Source: Gammaproteobacteria bacterium (GTDB lineage: Bacteria > Pseudomonadota > Gammaproteobacteria > JAJDYQ01). From it: 64,000 nt of DNA. Position 1 is the stretch's first letter; every line of letters begins with the position of its first letter. Below, one piece after another: positions 28,636-38,151 of this stretch. Below the pieces are notes generated by a model that saw only the letters and a list, made by a program, of their open reading frames with translations, ran no database searches and was not told the DNA's origin. The DNA lies in the NCBI GenBank assembly GCA_022825085.1, contig JAJDYQ010000036.1:3007-67006 (forward strand). Direction: 5' to 3'. The position numbers were made by a program, and so were the translations under genes.

Positions 28636-31466
28636 GCAACGAAAACAAAATGAATTACAAGGCAACTTTGAATCTGCCAAAGACAGCGTTCCCGATGAAG
28701 GCCGGTTTGGCACAGCGCGAACCGGAAATACTGAAGTTCTGGGACGAGATTAAGCTTTACTCGAAGATGAGAGAGCAGAGCAGGAACAGGCCGAAATATA
28801 TTTTGCATGATGGGCCGCCTTATGCAAACGGCGATATCCATATTGGTCATGCCGTCAACAAGATACTGAAAGACATTATCATTAAATCAAAGACACTGAG
28901 CGGCTTTGATGCCCCTTATATTCCGGGCTGGGACTGCCATGGCCTGCCGATTGAACATCAGGTTGAAAAGAAAAAAGGCCGTCCGGGCCGGAAAATCAGT
29001 ACACGTGAATTTCGCGATGCCTGCCGTGCATACGCCGATAAGCAGATCGACAGACAGCGGCAGGACTTTATACGCCTGGGTATAACCGGTGACTGGCAAA
29101 AGCCCTACCTCACCATGAACCATGATTTTGAGGCAGACATTATACGCTCGCTTGGCCGGCTGATTGAAAATGGGCATCTGCACAGAGGGCATAAGCCGGT
29201 TTACTGGTGTACCGACTGCTGCTCCGCTCTGGCCGAAGCCGAGGTGGAATATCAGGACAGAATATCGCCGGCGATTGATGTGCGTTTTCAGGTAGAGGAC
29301 ATGGCGGCATTCCACTCTGCAACGAGTGTCAACACAGAAGGAATGCCCGCCAGCATTTTGATCTGGACTACCACACCATGGACACTGCCGGCCAATCAGG
29401 CGGTATGCCTCCATCCCGATTTGGAATACTCCATAAGCAGGATCTGCATCGATGGCGTGGAGGAAATCATCGTGCTGGCCGATACATTGAGTGAAGCCTG
29501 CCTGAAACGTTATGGGGCTGAAAACAAGGAAGTGCTGTCCCGTGTGGCGGGCGACAGACTTGAGGGCCTGCTGTTGCAGCACCCGTTCTATGATCGCCGG
29601 GTGCCCGTGATACTGGGTGAGCACGTTACAACGGATGCGGGTACCGGTGCCGTTCATACAGCCCCTGGACATGGGGCCGATGATTTTAATGTTGGACAGA
29701 AATATAACCTGCCGATCGATAATCCGGTAGGCAGTGATGGCTGCTTTATTGAAGGCACCGGATTATTTGCAGGTCAATTTATTATGAAGGCCAATGATGC
29801 GATAATGAATGTGCTCAGTGAGCGTGGCCGATTACTGCATGTCGCCGAACTGTCGCATTCCTATCCGCACTGCTGGCGTCACAAGTCCCCGACCATTTTC
29901 CGGGCAACACCCCAGTGGTTTATCAGTATGGATCAAAATGGCCTGCGTAAAAATGCGCTGAAGGCCATTGATCAGGTCCATTGGACTCCGGACTGGGGTC
30001 AGGTACGTATTCGCGGCATGATTGAAAATCGTCCGGACTGGTGTATCTCGCGTCAGCGCACATGGGGAGTGCCCATCCCGATTTTTATTCACAAGGACAC
30101 CGGAGAACCGCATCCGAACGCCATTGAATGGATCGAACAGATTGCAAAAAGAGTTGAAAAGGATGGTATTGATGCCTGGCTTGAACTTGAACCGGAAGAA
30201 TTGCTGGGAGATGCCGCCGGTCAGTACATCAAGGTGACCGATATACTCGATGTCTGGTTTGACTCTGGTTCCACGCATCACGGTGTACTGGAGCGTCACG
30301 ATGACCTGCGCTACCCGGCTGATCTTTATCTGGAAGGTTCAGACCAACATCGCGGATGGTTTCATTCTTCCCTGTTGACGGCTGTCGGCATGAATGGCGT
30401 GCCGCCCTATAAAAATGTACTGACACATGGATTTGCGGTTGACAAGGATGGCAGGAAAATGTCCAAGTCTCTTGGCAATGTGGTACAGCCACAGAAAGTA
30501 GTAGGACAGTTGGGAGCTGATGTTCTGCGCCTGTGGGTGGCGGCCACAGATTACCGTAATGAGATGCATGTTTCAGATGAAATTCTTAAGCGGATATCCG
30601 AATCCTATCGTCGTATGCGGAACACAGTCCGTTATCTGCTGGCCAATCTGGAGGGCTTTGACCCGGCCAGCAACCGCATTGACGTGGAGAATATGCTGTC
30701 ACTGGATCGCTGGGCAATCAGGCGTACGGCCCAACTGCAACAAGAATTGATACAGTCTTATAATGACTTCAACTTTCACCTGATCTACCAGAAAGTACAT
30801 AATTTCTGTACCGTGGATATGGGCTCGTTCTACCTCGATATTCTCAAAGATCGAATCTATACCATGCGCACCGACTCAACTGCCCGCCGCTCTGCACAGA
30901 CCGCCATGTTTGATATCGCCGAGGCATTAGTACGCTGGCTGGCACCCATCCTGAGCTTTACGGCCGAGGAAATCTGGAAGCACATGCCCGGAGAGCGGAA
31001 TGAATCGGTCTTCCTGAACCAATGGTATGAGCAAATGGCAGGGCATGATGAACAGGTATTCAATGATCAATTCTGGGCCGGCATCATGTCGATACGTGAT
31101 CAGGTCTCCCGTGAACTGGAAAAGGCACGCAAGGAAAAAATAATAGGCTCCTCTCTGGAAGCAGAAGTTGATATTTACTGCGATGACCGCACCATGGAGA
31201 TGCTAAGCCAATTCGGTGACGAATTGCGCTTTGTATTCATTACCTCTTATGCACGAGTACATCCGCTGGACAAAAAACCGGATGAAGCTGTGATGGCAGA
31301 AGGCAGGGATGATTTATGGATGACGGTCAAGGCGACCAGCCATAATAAATGTGAGCGCTGCTGGCACCATCGTGAAGATGTTAGTTCGCACCCTGACCAC
31401 AAGACCCTGTGCGGGCGCTGTGTCGAAAATGTGGATAGTGACGGTGAACGCCGTTTACATGTTTGA
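28632..31466 (+). CDS. ileS: Isoleucine--tRNA ligase
   Basis: 944 aa with HIGH ([13 protein letters not shown]), KMSKS (KMSKSLGN) and the C-terminal zinc-finger cysteines (CERCWHH...CGRC). Confidence 0.97.
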   Translation: MSNENKMNYKATLNLPKTAFPMKAGLAQREPEILKFWDEIKLYSKMREQSRNRPKYILHDGPPYANGDIHIGHAVNKILKDIIIKSKTLSGFDAPYIPGWDCHGLPIEHQVEKKKGRPGRKISTREFRDACRAYADKQIDRQRQDFIRLGITGDWQKPYLTMNHDFEADIIRSLGRLIENGHLHRGHKPVYWCTDCCSALAEAEVEYQDRISPAIDVRFQVEDMAAFHSATSVNTEGMPASILIWTTTPWTLPANQAVCLHPDLEYSISRICIDGVEEIIVLADTLSEACLKRYGAENKEVLSRVAGDRLEGLLLQHPFYDRRVPVILGEHVTTDAGTGAVHTAPGHGADDFNVGQKYNLPIDNPVGSDGCFIEGTGLFAGQFIMKANDAIMNVLSERGRLLHVAELSHSYPHCWRHKSPTIFRATPQWFISMDQNGLRKNALKAIDQVHWTPDWGQVRIRGMIENRPDWCISRQRTWGVPIPIFIHKDTGEPHPNAIEWIEQIAKRVEKDGIDAWLELEPEELLGDAAGQYIKVTDILDVWFDSGSTHHGVLERHDDLRYPADLYLEGSDQHRGWFHSSLLTAVGMNGVPPYKNVLTHGFAVDKDGRKMSKSLGNVVQPQKVVGQLGADVLRLWVAATDYRNEMHVSDEILKRISESYRRMRNTVRYLLANLEGFDPASNRIDVENMLSLDRWAIRRTAQLQQELIQSYNDFNFHLIYQKVHNFCTVDMGSFYLDILKDRIYTMRTDSTARRSAQTAMFDIAEALVRWLAPILSFTAEEIWKHMPGERNESVFLNQWYEQMAGHDEQVFNDQFWAGIMSIRDQVSRELEKARKEKIIGSSLEAEVDIYCDDRTMEMLSQFGDELRFVFITSYARVHPLDKKPDEAVMAEGRDDLWMTVKATSHNKCERCWHHREDVSSHPDHKTLCGRCVENVDSDGERRLHV

Positions 31467-31975
31467 TGTCGAAAGTTTCTGCAACACGATGGCCGTATGC
31501 CAGACACTGGCTGCTGCTGTCTTTTCTGGTGGTCATGCTGGATCAACTGACCAAGTTATGGGCCCAGTCTGCGCTGCAATATCACCAGCCCATACCGGTT
31601 ATGCCCATGTTCAACTTAACCCTGGCATACAATACCGGCGCGGCCTTTAGCTTCCTGAGTGATGCTGGCGGCTGGCAGCGCTGGTTCTTCATCGTACTGA
31701 CCCTCATTATCTGTGGCATCATACTGCGCTGGATATGGAACATGCGGGCCCAGGAAAGGCTACATGCGGCGGCGCTGGCACTGATTCTCGGTGGTGCCAT
31801 TGGCAACCTGATTGACCGTGTCTGGCTCGGTTACGTGATCGACTTCATTGATATCTACTATCAGCAATACCACTGGCCGATATTTAACATTGCCGATTCA
31901 GCGATTACAGTCGGCGTGATTTTACTGATATATGACCTGTTCGTTAATCAGCGCCATGGAACCGATGATGAGTGA
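31463..31975 (+). CDS. lspA: Lipoprotein signal peptidase II
   Basis: 170 aa, DQLTK...NTGAAFSF...[10 protein letters not shown]...DFI...WPIFNIADS, LspA signatures. Confidence 0.93.
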   Translation: MMSKVSATRWPYARHWLLLSFLVVMLDQLTKLWAQSALQYHQPIPVMPMFNLTLAYNTGAAFSFLSDAGGWQRWFFIVLTLIICGIILRWIWNMRAQERLHAAALALILGGAIGNLIDRVWLGYVIDFIDIYYQQYHWPIFNIADSAITVGVILLIYDLFVNQRHGTDDE

Positions 31976-32402
31976 AATCGCACCAGGCAGCCGCATCACC
32001 ATGCACCTTTCACTCACCCTCGAAGACGGCACGGTAGCAGAAGACACGTTTGACGGAGAACCACTGGAATTTACGATGGGCGATGGCAGCCTGAACGAAG
32101 GTCTGGAAATGGCACTGTATGGCCTCAGGGCCGGCGACGAACAAACCGTGACCATGACGCCCGATCAAACATTTGGTTTTTACGACCCGGAAAACATCCA
32201 TGAAGTACCCCTGAGCGATTTTCCCGCCGATGCCCGACCTGAAGAAAACCAGATTATTGTCTTTACCACACCATCGGGCGATGAAGTAGCCGGAGCCATC
32301 AGGAAAGTTTCAACGGATACCGTGCTGGTTGACTTTAACCACCCACTCGCCGGCCATGATTTGCTGTACAGGGTAAAAATTCTGAAGGTTGCCCGCATTT
32401 AA
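31968..32402 (+). CDS. fkpB: FKBP-type peptidyl-prolyl cis-trans isomerase (FkpB/SlpA type)
   Basis: ITMHLSLTLEDGTVAEDTF...EFTMGDGSL...LEMALYGLRAGD...VDFNHPLAGHDL, FKBP with an IF insert. The start is taken at MSEIAPG. This is the usual position after lspA. Confidence 0.85.
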   Translation: MSEIAPGSRITMHLSLTLEDGTVAEDTFDGEPLEFTMGDGSLNEGLEMALYGLRAGDEQTVTMTPDQTFGFYDPENIHEVPLSDFPADARPEENQIIVFTTPSGDEVAGAIRKVSTDTVLVDFNHPLAGHDLLYRVKILKVARI

Positions 32403-33670
32403 GAACAGGCGGCAGCATGGATTGTGAGCAGTAACTCGGACTCATCAATCAGGCGATATTCCGGCACCTTCCCGGATAGCTGTTCGCTTTTATCGAGGAT
32501 AATCGACACCCCTTCCCCCCGTTTATCCATAATATGCGTGCGATGACTGACGAGGCCATCCTGCGCAATCGGACAGCGTGCCAATTGGCTGGTAATTGCT
32601 TCATTTCTGGTGGCCTGCCGAAGTGGCAGACTTTCCGGAGTCATCGTATTGACCAGAAGCCCCGGCGTGTATAACTCCAGTCGATCATCAAATAACCGAA
32701 GCCGTACCTTGCTGCCCGACATGGAATAGTCCCGATGGGCTACCGCGTTGGTGACCGCCTCAAATACAGCAGTCATGTCATACTGGGGAATATCCTCGCG
32801 TCCACCCCCGGAATTTTTTCTCGCCGCCACCCGCATATTTTTTTCAACAAACCGACATGCCTCAATGATCTGCTGATCCAGCGGCCCGGCTATATCCTGG
32901 GCATCGCGCTGATATGCCTCCTCCGAACCTGCGGATATCGCGGTTCCACGGTATGCGACTGCCTGAATGAAGGCATTGGAGAGAAACTGTTGGGGTTGTC
33001 TGGAGGCTAACAGCACGCCAGCTATCGTGGGTCGCCAGACACCAGCGTCATCCTGGAAAGCCATGCCGAGTTTGGAGAGAAACAGCCCGGTCGAATCAGT
33101 TGTGAGTGGCGTCGCAAAGCGCTGCCACAGCGCCTCATCCAGATCATCAAGTGTCGCAGTGGGAACGGGTATTTCGTCATACCGGATAAGCCTGGACTGG
33201 CTGCGCTGCTGAAATAATCGCTGCAGTTGTTCAGGAGAGACGGGTCGCTTTGATGAGCCGACACGATGAAAATAACCCCCCGGACTTTGGTGAACAAACA
33301 GGCTTCGGGGAATCTCCACACGCACTACTGGCCTCTCAGTCCCGGTACTATCCGGCAGGTTCATGCGTTCGATAATGGGAGTTGCAGGCGGTTCCAGAGA
33401 ATCTTCACAAGCCTGCCTCACCAGTGCTTCCACTGCATCCAGTCGCTCAACAGGAATTCCTGATACTTCGCGCTCGTCATCGACCCCTAAAAGGAGCACA
33501 CCCCCGCGTGAGTTGGCAAAAGCAGCGAGTTCATCGGCAAGGGCATCCCGCCTCGGTCCCCGTATCTCACCACCTGCAAAGCGAACTTCCTTCAATTCCA
33601 GAAAGCAGCCTTCCCCAAGACTGATTTTTTTCAGTAATTCACTGCGTGTCGCGTACATGTCAGATCTCAC
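32399..33670 (-). CDS. AlbA_2 (Schlafen-like, 'divergent AAA') + HATPase_c_4 domain protein
   Basis: 423 aa with a GTG start. The N-terminus LELKEVRFAGGEI...LADELAAFANSRGGVLLLGVDDEREVSGIP shows the AlbA_2 pattern. The C-terminus (FEAVTNAVAHRDYS...VRLRLFDDRLELYTPG) shows the HATPase_c_4 pattern. Confidence 0.65.
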   Translation of the reverse strand: MRSDMYATRSELLKKISLGEGCFLELKEVRFAGGEIRGPRRDALADELAAFANSRGGVLLLGVDDEREVSGIPVERLDAVEALVRQACEDSLEPPATPIIERMNLPDSTGTERPVVRVEIPRSLFVHQSPGGYFHRVGSSKRPVSPEQLQRLFQQRSQSRLIRYDEIPVPTATLDDLDEALWQRFATPLTTDSTGLFLSKLGMAFQDDAGVWRPTIAGVLLASRQPQQFLSNAFIQAVAYRGTAISAGSEEAYQRDAQDIAGPLDQQIIEACRFVEKNMRVAARKNSGGGREDIPQYDMTAVFEAVTNAVAHRDYSMSGSKVRLRLFDDRLELYTPGLLVNTMTPESLPLRQATRNEAITSQLARCPIAQDGLVSHRTHIMDKRGEGVSIILDKSEQLSGKVPEYRLIDESELLLTIHAAACS

Positions 33671-34185
33671 GACCTGAATGAACCCAACTCGAAGGCATCA
33701 ATCTGCCGTTTCAATCCCTTGAGCGTGTCGCGTCCGGCGACTCTTGAAATCGGTTGGTCAGGTTCGCGGCGCTTGAAAATAACGTACTGCACCATGCTTT
33801 CGCCGAGAAATTGCAGGCCCATCTGGTTTTCATGGTTGTCCTTCCAGACAGCGCGTAGATTGCCGTTATCCATCAACACCAGATTCCCCCTGCGTAAATG
33901 GGGTTCTGACTGGATAAAGCGCCAGAAGTCGGCCTCGGATGCGCTGCTCAATGAATACCCGTCATCCGCCCCAAGATCGCGCAGTTCGCTGATTCTCGTT
34001 GAGTATGCTTGAGATTGAGTTTGTTGCAAATCGATCAAAGCAAAAGCAGTGCCGGAGAGGGTTGAAATCGAAGAATTGCTATCGCATTCAGGTGTTTGAT
34101 GATCCCTGATTATTCGGATTGCAGCAACCTGTGCGGTTCCGTCCCAGAGGCGGCTCAATGTTAAATGTGGGTTTAATCTCCACAC
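33667..34185 (-). CDS. Hypothetical protein (start uncertain), translationally coupled to the AlbA_2 gene
   Basis: The stop TGA overlaps the GTG start of the downstream gene (GTGA at 33670-33667). I recognise no motif. The first ~33 codons overlap the 70-aa ORF in another frame. Confidence 0.35.
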   Translation of the reverse strand: MWRLNPHLTLSRLWDGTAQVAAIRIIRDHQTPECDSNSSISTLSGTAFALIDLQQTQSQAYSTRISELRDLGADDGYSLSSASEADFWRFIQSEPHLRRGNLVLMDNGNLRAVWKDNHENQMGLQFLGESMVQYVIFKRREPDQPISRVAGRDTLKGLKRQIDAFELGSFRS

Positions 34186-34300
34186 CCAGTTTGCTCAGTT
34201 CCCGCTCCAGTTGTTCGTGGGCAGAAACGACTGCCTTGTCGATGTTCTTGTTTTCTTTGGCAATTTTTTTTAAGTTCCCCAATTTTCTTTGATCTCGCAT
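34088..34300 (-). CDS. Hypothetical small protein downstream of the SDH-family protease
   Basis: 70-aa ORF starting 2 nt after the protease stop. It has a charged helical N-terminus (KLGNLKKIAKENKNIDKAVVSAHEQLERELSKLG) and an odd tail (GRNRTGCCNPNNQGSSNT) lying in the overlap with the next ORF. Confidence 0.3.
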   Translation of the reverse strand: MRDQRKLGNLKKIAKENKNIDKAVVSAHEQLERELSKLGVEIKPTFNIEPPLGRNRTGCCNPNNQGSSNT

Positions 34301-34301
34301 G

Positions 34302-35159
34302 CTAAAAATACTCCTTTGTATGAATGAAGGATGGATGGTTCTCGCGAACCATATAGTCTGTCAATAGACCAAAGTATGCACGAACCTGCTTATAAAGCTT
34401 AGCATTATCTTCAAGGTTGTCAATTTTTAGTTTGACCTCATCCCCACGTAGTGTTTCTCTATCAATGGCGCGACCGTGAGAATGCCACCTTTCGGGGTTA
34501 TTAAGCAGCGCAGCAATCTTTCCGGCTCGGTCTTCTTTCATTTTCTCGGTTACATTTTTTTGACGTCTCTCCGTTTTCTCCCAGTTCTTAAATTTATATT
34601 GGGTTAGCCACTTAATGAGCAGCTCAATCGACAGCTCTCTTGCTTGTTCGAATTGATACAATTCACCCAAGTCCAGCTTATTCAGCAATGCATACTCGGC
34701 GGTTGTAAGCGCCCTTTGCTTCGCCTTCTCGTTTAATCGCTCATACTGATTCAAATAAGATAACGCAGGAACGAGCTTTCCATCTCTTTCAATCTGTGGA
34801 TCAATCGGGCCCAAGCATGACAAGTGATCCATTATTATCCGGTCTGCACTCAGAGCAAAAATTGTACCCGCAGACATTGCTTGATCGGGTACGATTACTG
34901 TCATATCGTCATAGAATGATCGAATCGTCGTCACCATTCGTTCCACAATCTCGACTATTCCGCCAGGAGTGTCCAAAATGACAGCGACTGGTTTTTGGTG
35001 CGATAAGCTTTCAATTGCGACACGAAGCTTCAACTCTAATCCATGTAGTATAGGGCTTACTACAGTAACGACTTCCGCATCGATAGTTTTGCCAATTTGG
35101 ATCAATTGCCGATTTAATTCGCTTTTAATGCAGGTGTCTAAAGGTCTCATGATTGTCAC
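34302..35159 (-). CDS. SDH-family Clp-fold serine proteinase (ClpP/SppA-like)
   Basis: 285 aa. VAVILDTPGGIVE (compare ClpP INSPGG) and DQAMSAGTIFALSADRIIM (nucleophile-Ser strand), then a helical C-terminal extension. The start is GTG at 35159 or ATG at 35150. Confidence 0.6.
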   Translation of the reverse strand: MTIMRPLDTCIKSELNRQLIQIGKTIDAEVVTVVSPILHGLELKLRVAIESLSHQKPVAVILDTPGGIVEIVERMVTTIRSFYDDMTVIVPDQAMSAGTIFALSADRIIMDHLSCLGPIDPQIERDGKLVPALSYLNQYERLNEKAKQRALTTAEYALLNKLDLGELYQFEQARELSIELLIKWLTQYKFKNWEKTERRQKNVTEKMKEDRAGKIAALLNNPERWHSHGRAIDRETLRGDEVKLKIDNLEDNAKLYKQVRAYFGLLTDYMVRENHPSFIHTKEYF

Positions 35160-35368
35160 TATAACAAGATCAAAACTATTGTCGATATCACTCCGGTGTT
35201 AGTATCACAATGCACGTCTTATCGCAAACCGGGCTTCTATAGTACAGGTTCTTAGGCAATTCTTCCCGGCACAATGGGTGATGCGACGGACAGCCAATTC
35301 CGGGGGTGTATCTCGATTGCGAATGCGGGCTGTCGCTTTGCTTCTTCGTTTGCTGCTCATCATATCAG

Positions 35369-36523
35369 TCATGTGTCCGCTTCCAGCAGATGGAACATGA
35401 GGGAGGTGGTCAGGTTGTCTGCGGCATGTGACCCGCGCATTGCCAGTTTGGAATTGGTATGCGCTGACTCGACAATGTTTGTGAATTGTTGCTGTTGCTT
35501 CAGTGGGGGCACGGTAATCCAGATATTCTTTATGTCTTTATCGGATACTGCCGGGTAGTTTGCTCCCCTGACTTGTGACGATATTGTTTCTACGAAAAAC
35601 GGTGATGTGACATGGCTGAATAGATAAAGTGGTTCTATCAATTTACGGTTCGCTCGCAGTACGCAAAAGCCGGTTGATGCAATTTCACGATTCAGTTCAT
35701 CTGGCACGATTGCAACGGCATTCAGATTCGGTCTGACCGACGATACAAGGATATCATCCGTCCGAATTTCCTTTCTTGCCCGACTTGGCGCATCTTTGCC
35801 GAGCAGCAATCGGGTGGCGGCAATTCTCTTCTGAACGGTGTCAATACCGGAAATATCGACATAGCGAAATTGAGCTGAGGGAGTTTCTCCGGGGTTGCGG
35901 GTCTCTGTCTGCACGCAAACCTGCCCTATCCTGCATTTCGTCCACCCCATCGGATTGTCTGTCGGGTTGCCGAACATTTTGATGAACAGGGCCGGGATGA
36001 ATTCCTGCAGGCGTTCCTGTGCCTGTTTGCGCAGCCGCTCGATTTTGGCCGCCCGGTTCAGGATGTTGACGATGCGGCGTTGTTCGTTGAGCGGGGGGAG
36101 GGGAATTTCCAGATTTTGAACATCCCGCAACGTAATGCCCTTGACAGTCGCGCCTGTTCCCTTGTGTTCGATCTCTGGGCCAAGGTACTTCAGCGACCAG
36201 AACAAGAACTCGGGTAGCAGGCCTTCAGCAGGCACAACGGCCTTGATGTCTTGGTTTATCGCAAGATCGACATCGGCTATTGCGACTTTACCTAGACCTA
36301 CCCTTGTTACAAGGAGAACAGTCCCCGACGAAACAATTTTCGACGCCGAGTTATCCAGCCCTTCCTGAGAAATGAACTCATCCGTTTGCGAGATTCGATC
36401 TGCTCGAAAATCCTTCACGGTCGCCCACGGAATGTGTCCATTCCAATATTGCCGAATTTTCCGGGATGGTGTTCCCCCGCCCATGAATTGGCAAATCTCA
36501 CCGAGTGAGGTCGTTGATATCAT
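35369..36523 (-). CDS. hsdS: Type I restriction-modification specificity subunit HsdS
   Basis: 384 aa with two TRD halves, each ending in a conserved helix (PLPPLNEQRRIVNIL... / VPPLKQQQQFTNIV...). There is a 4-nt overlap with hsdM. Confidence 0.9.
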   Translation of the reverse strand: MISTTSLGEICQFMGGGTPSRKIRQYWNGHIPWATVKDFRADRISQTDEFISQEGLDNSASKIVSSGTVLLVTRVGLGKVAIADVDLAINQDIKAVVPAEGLLPEFLFWSLKYLGPEIEHKGTGATVKGITLRDVQNLEIPLPPLNEQRRIVNILNRAAKIERLRKQAQERLQEFIPALFIKMFGNPTDNPMGWTKCRIGQVCVQTETRNPGETPSAQFRYVDISGIDTVQKRIAATRLLLGKDAPSRARKEIRTDDILVSSVRPNLNAVAIVPDELNREIASTGFCVLRANRKLIEPLYLFSHVTSPFFVETISSQVRGANYPAVSDKDIKNIWITVPPLKQQQQFTNIVESAHTNSKLAMRGSHAADNLTTSLMFHLLEADT

Positions 36524-38151
36524 TGGGAAGTTGTTCTCCGAACCGCCTCGGCCAACCCCTCAGTCTCCCCCAGAATCTCCGTCTCAATCGCCCGCAATTC
36601 CTCCAGAATTTCCAGTGGGTCGCGGTGTTCTACCCTGGCCCGGTTTTGTGGTCGGTGGCGGTTGGCGCTGAGGTTGTAGTCGGCGGTGCGGATGGCGTCG
36701 GTGTCGGCGAACCACCATTTTTCTGTCCAGTCGGTGTTCGGGTCGCGGTCGTGCCATGTTATCCATTGTGCCTGCCGGTTGCGGAATGCTTCGGTCAGGG
36801 CGGGCAGGTCGTCTTCTTCGATGGGCTGGTCGTGGTTGGCGTCCAGTTTGAAGCCGTCGTTGTCGGCGTGCAGGAACATCACCCGCTCGGTTGTGCCGCC
36901 CTTGCGGAATATCAGTACCGAGGTTTTGACGCCGGAGTAGGGGTTGAATACGCCGCCCGGCAGTGACAGCACGGCTTCGATGGTGTTGTTTTCGAGCAGT
37001 TTGCGCCGCAGTTCGCGGTGTGCGCCGGTGGAGCCGAACAGTACGCCTTCCGGGACGACGACCCCGCAGCGGCCGCCTTCCTGCAACTGGTTGAGCATGT
37101 ATTGCAGGAACAGCAGTTCGGTCTGCGCCGTTTTGCCGATTTTCACGTCTTCGACAATGCGGTCCTTGTCCAGTCGGCCGGAGAATGGCGGATTGGCGAG
37201 GATGACATCGAATCCATTGGCGGGCAGGCCGAGTTCCGCTCTGGCGGTGCGGTCCAGTGAGCGGGTCAGGGCGTCACGCCGCAATATGTGGACATGGTCG
37301 AGGCCGCGCAGGGTCAGGTTCATGGTGGCGAGGCGTACCATCTGCGGATCAACATCGGTGCCATAGAAGGTGGCCTCGTGTAGCTGTCTGACCGCATCGC
37401 GGCTGAGTATGTCGCCCAGCCCGCGCCGGATTTTCTTGCCATCCGCCTCCATTTCTTCAATGCCGTCGGGCGAGGAGTTGGCGAGCCGGATGTGGTCCCA
37501 GGCGCCGACCAGAAAGCCGGCGGTGCCGGCCGCCGGGTCGTATATCGTTTCGCCAATGCGGGGATCGACCAGTCGGATCAGGGTGCGGATGACATGGCGC
37601 GGTGTGCGGAATTGGCCGAGTTCGCCGGCCTGCCGGATCTGGCGCAGCACATGCTCGAACAGGTCGCCCTTGGTATCTGCATCCACGCGGTGCAGATGCA
37701 GGTCGTTGAGCTGGCTGACTACCTGGGTGAGCACGGTCGGTTCGTCGATGATCAGCCGGGCACCGTCCATGAAGTCAGTCGCGCCATTGGCAGCGATTGC
37801 GGCATGGAATGCGAAGACTTCTTCGCGTACCCAGTTGACCAGCCGCTCGCCGTTCAGTGCATTCGCCCAGGATGACCAGCGCAGCCGTTCTCCCGGCACG
37901 GTGGTCTCGCCCGATTGGGGTGCATTGCGTGGGTCGCGCAGGGTCCATTTGTCTTTGAAGGCGCTGTTGTAGGGTGCGGTGCCCGGTCGCTTTGCCGCAC
38001 GTACCCGCGCCGCGTCTGCTGCTTCGTACATATAGAAATAGATCAGAAAACTGAGTTGTTCGGCGTTTTGTGCGGGGTTCGGGTAGCCGCCGCCGAACAG
38101 GTAATCGCGGATGCGGTCGATGCCGCGCCGCAGTTCGGGGGTCATGGGCAT
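36520..38151 (-). CDS. hsdM: Type I restriction-modification DNA methyltransferase HsdM (N6-adenine)
   Basis: 543 aa with motif I (YDPAAGTAGFL) and motif IV (ILANPPFSG). An HsdM N-terminal helical domain is present. Confidence 0.93.
   Translation of the reverse strand: MPMTPELRRGIDRIRDYLFGGGYPNPAQNAEQLSFLIYFYMYEAADAARVRAAKRPGTAPYNSAFKDKWTLRDPRNAPQSGETTVPGERLRWSSWANALNGERLVNWVREEVFAFHAAIAANGATDFMDGARLIIDEPTVLTQVVSQLNDLHLHRVDADTKGDLFEHVLRQIRQAGELGQFRTPRHVIRTLIRLVDPRIGETIYDPAAGTAGFLVGAWDHIRLANSSPDGIEEMEADGKKIRRGLGDILSRDAVRQLHEATFYGTDVDPQMVRLATMNLTLRGLDHVHILRRDALTRSLDRTARAELGLPANGFDVILANPPFSGRLDKDRIVEDVKIGKTAQTELLFLQYMLNQLQEGGRCGVVVPEGVLFGSTGAHRELRRKLLENNTIEAVLSLPGGVFNPYSGVKTSVLIFRKGGTTERVMFLHADNDGFKLDANHDQPIEEDDLPALTEAFRNRQAQWITWHDRDPNTDWTEKWWFADTDAIRTADYNLSANRHRPQNRARVEHRDPLEILEELRAIETEILGETEGLAEAVRRTTSQ

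Noticed and set aside
28887-29672. 261-aa minus-strand ORF
   Set aside because: It is antisense to ileS and is an artefact of the shadow frame.
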